From Anaerolineae bacterium (GTDB lineage: Bacteria; Chloroflexota; Anaerolineae; S016-19), in contig WFSD01000163.1 in the NCBI GenBank assembly GCA_015486235.1, forward strand, positions 1 through 39,875: DNA of 39,875 bases. Direction: 5' to 3'. Shown piece by piece: positions 38,576 to 39,875 of the stretch (position 1 is its first letter; the number at the start of each line of letters is the position of its first letter). Under the pieces are notes generated by a model. It ran no database searches, was not told the DNA's origin, and was given only the letters and a program-made list of their open reading frames with translations. The translations under genes were made by a program, and so were the position numbers.

Positions 38576-39217
38576 CTACCCTTGCTTCCGAGCTCCCCGG
38601 ATGATCAACAAGCCGTTCCTCGAACCAGGCACGGCACCTTTCACCGCCAGGACGCCTTTCTCGGCGTCGACTTTCACCACCTGCAGGTTCTGCACTGTAA
38701 CGCGTGCGCTTCCCATGTGTCCAGCCATGCGGGTCCCTTTGTAAACCCGGCCCGGCGTGGTACCAGATCCAATGGAACCAGGAGCACGCCAACGGTCGGA
38801 CTGCCCGTGAGTCTTAGGCCCACCGCTAAAACCATGCCGCCTGACGCCACCCTGAAACCCTCGGCCCTTGGAAGTGCCGGAGACATCAACCCGCTCGCCT
38901 TCCTTGAAGATATCCACGGTAATCTGCTGACCGATCTCGAAACTATCGCTCTCAGAATCGCTCAGGCGGAACTCTCGCAGCACTTTCAAAGGAGGCAAAC
39001 CATTTTTCCTCAACCGTATCAGGGCAGGGCGGGTCAGTTTCCATTCCGGGACCTCCTGGAAGCCAAGCTGCACCGCCGCATAACCATCCACACCAGGTTT
39101 GCGCACTTGCGTAACATAGCAAGGCCCAGCCTGAATTATGGTCACGGGGACAACTTCCCCGTTGTCCAGTATCAGCTGGGTCATACCAAGCTTCCTGCCT
39201 AGAATTCCTTTCATCAT
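38576..39217 (-). CDS. rplC: 50S ribosomal protein L3
   Basis: GILGRKLGMTQ, SKGRGFQG, THGQS and GHMG. Confidence 0.98.
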   Translation of the reverse strand: MMKGILGRKLGMTQLILDNGEVVPVTIIQAGPCYVTQVRKPGVDGYAAVQLGFQEVPEWKLTRPALIRLRKNGLPPLKVLREFRLSDSESDSFEIGQQITVDIFKEGERVDVSGTSKGRGFQGGVRRHGFSGGPKTHGQSDRWRAPGSIGSGTTPGRVYKGTRMAGHMGSARVTVQNLQVVKVDAEKGVLAVKGAVPGSRNGLLIIRGARKQG

Positions 39218-39302
39218 TCCTCCTTGGGGGACTGTCGGCCTAGGCCTACCGCATCATCCCTCAGGCGCTTCCGCACCTGTTGCTATGTGATCTCCCAGTC
39301 CC

Positions 39303-39614
39303 TTAGAGTTTGATTTCGATATCCACACCAGCTGGGAGATTAAGCTCCATCAACCTCTCGATGGTCTTCGAGGACGGCTCCCGGACCTCGATGAGACGCT
39401 TGTGAGTCCTGATCTCGAATTGCTCCCGCGAGTCCTTGTCGATGAAAGGCGATCGAGTAACCGTAAATTTCTCGATCCTGGTCGGCAGGGGTACAGGCCC
39501 AACCACTGAAGCGCCCGTTTCCTCGGCCGTCTGCACGATATCCCGCACCGACTTGTCCAGCACCCGATGATCAAAAGCCTTGAGCTTTATCCGAATGCGC
39601 TGCTGTCTGACCAT
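39303..39614 (-). CDS. rpsJ: 30S ribosomal protein S10
   Basis: [17 protein letters not shown] and [14 protein letters not shown]. Confidence 0.98.
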   Translation of the reverse strand: MVRQQRIRIKLKAFDHRVLDKSVRDIVQTAEETGASVVGPVPLPTRIEKFTVTRSPFIDKDSREQFEIRTHKRLIEVREPSSKTIERLMELNLPAGVDIEIKL

Positions 39615-39687
39615 GTTCTCCCTCTTTCGGTATCATCCGGGGCCCCAGAGACCATCGAGCCACAGGACCCCCTCGGAAGTTTCACCA

Positions 39688-39875
39688 TCACTCGATGATT
39701 TTGGTGATGACGCCTGCGCCAACTGTGTGTCCACCCTCACGAATTGCAAAACGCTGCCCTTCTTCCAATGCCACCGGCGCTATCAGCTTCACTTTCAGAT
39801 TCACATTGTCACCAGGCATCACCATCTCCACTCCCTCAGGCAACAATATCTCCCCAGTCACATCCATCGTCCGTA
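39688..39875 (-). CDS. tuf: Elongation factor Tu, C-terminal fragment (truncated by window edge)
   Basis: Manual translation [23 protein letters not shown]...[22 protein letters not shown]. Confidence 0.97.
   Translation of the reverse strand, partial: RTMDVTGEILLPEGVEMVMPGDNVNLKVKLIAPVALEEGQRFAIREGGHTVGAGVITKIIE

Overview
GC-rich bacterial window. Gene content and protein style suggest Chloroflexota (Anaerolineae-like); this is an inference. The left half (1-21.1 kb) holds the 3' end of an MscS channel gene, a membrane-anchored clan GH-A glycoside hydrolase, valS, cell-envelope glycosyltransferases with a priming sugar transferase, radC, a sirtuin, a lipoprotein and rsmD. It also holds a purine-catabolism/molybdenum-hydroxylase-type cluster: ssnA, a small hypothetical gene, two tandem DHODH/PreA-like flavoproteins lacking the canonical catalytic Cys loop, and a YqeC-MocA fusion, plus a cyclase, a GNAT and a MogA/MoaB protein. 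The right half (21.6-39.9 kb, minus strand) is the S10-spc-alpha ribosomal superoperon from the 3' end of tuf to rplM-rpsI, without infA. The most unusual signal is non-coding. The intergenic spaces carry a family of modular nested palindromes with a shared TCACCGCAGAG...GCGGTGA shell enclosing interchangeable 8-nt- or 7-nt-periodic inverted arms (five complete copies, all in one orientation). Related elements include free heptamer hairpins, a strictly alternating 10+9-nt satellite between rplW and rplB, and GTAG-type REPs. Eight of the periodic elements lie 0-39 nt downstream of, or overlap, a stop codon. A densely structured ~390-nt spacer upstream of rsmD may hold an ncRNA. All calls are by eye; no database searches were run.
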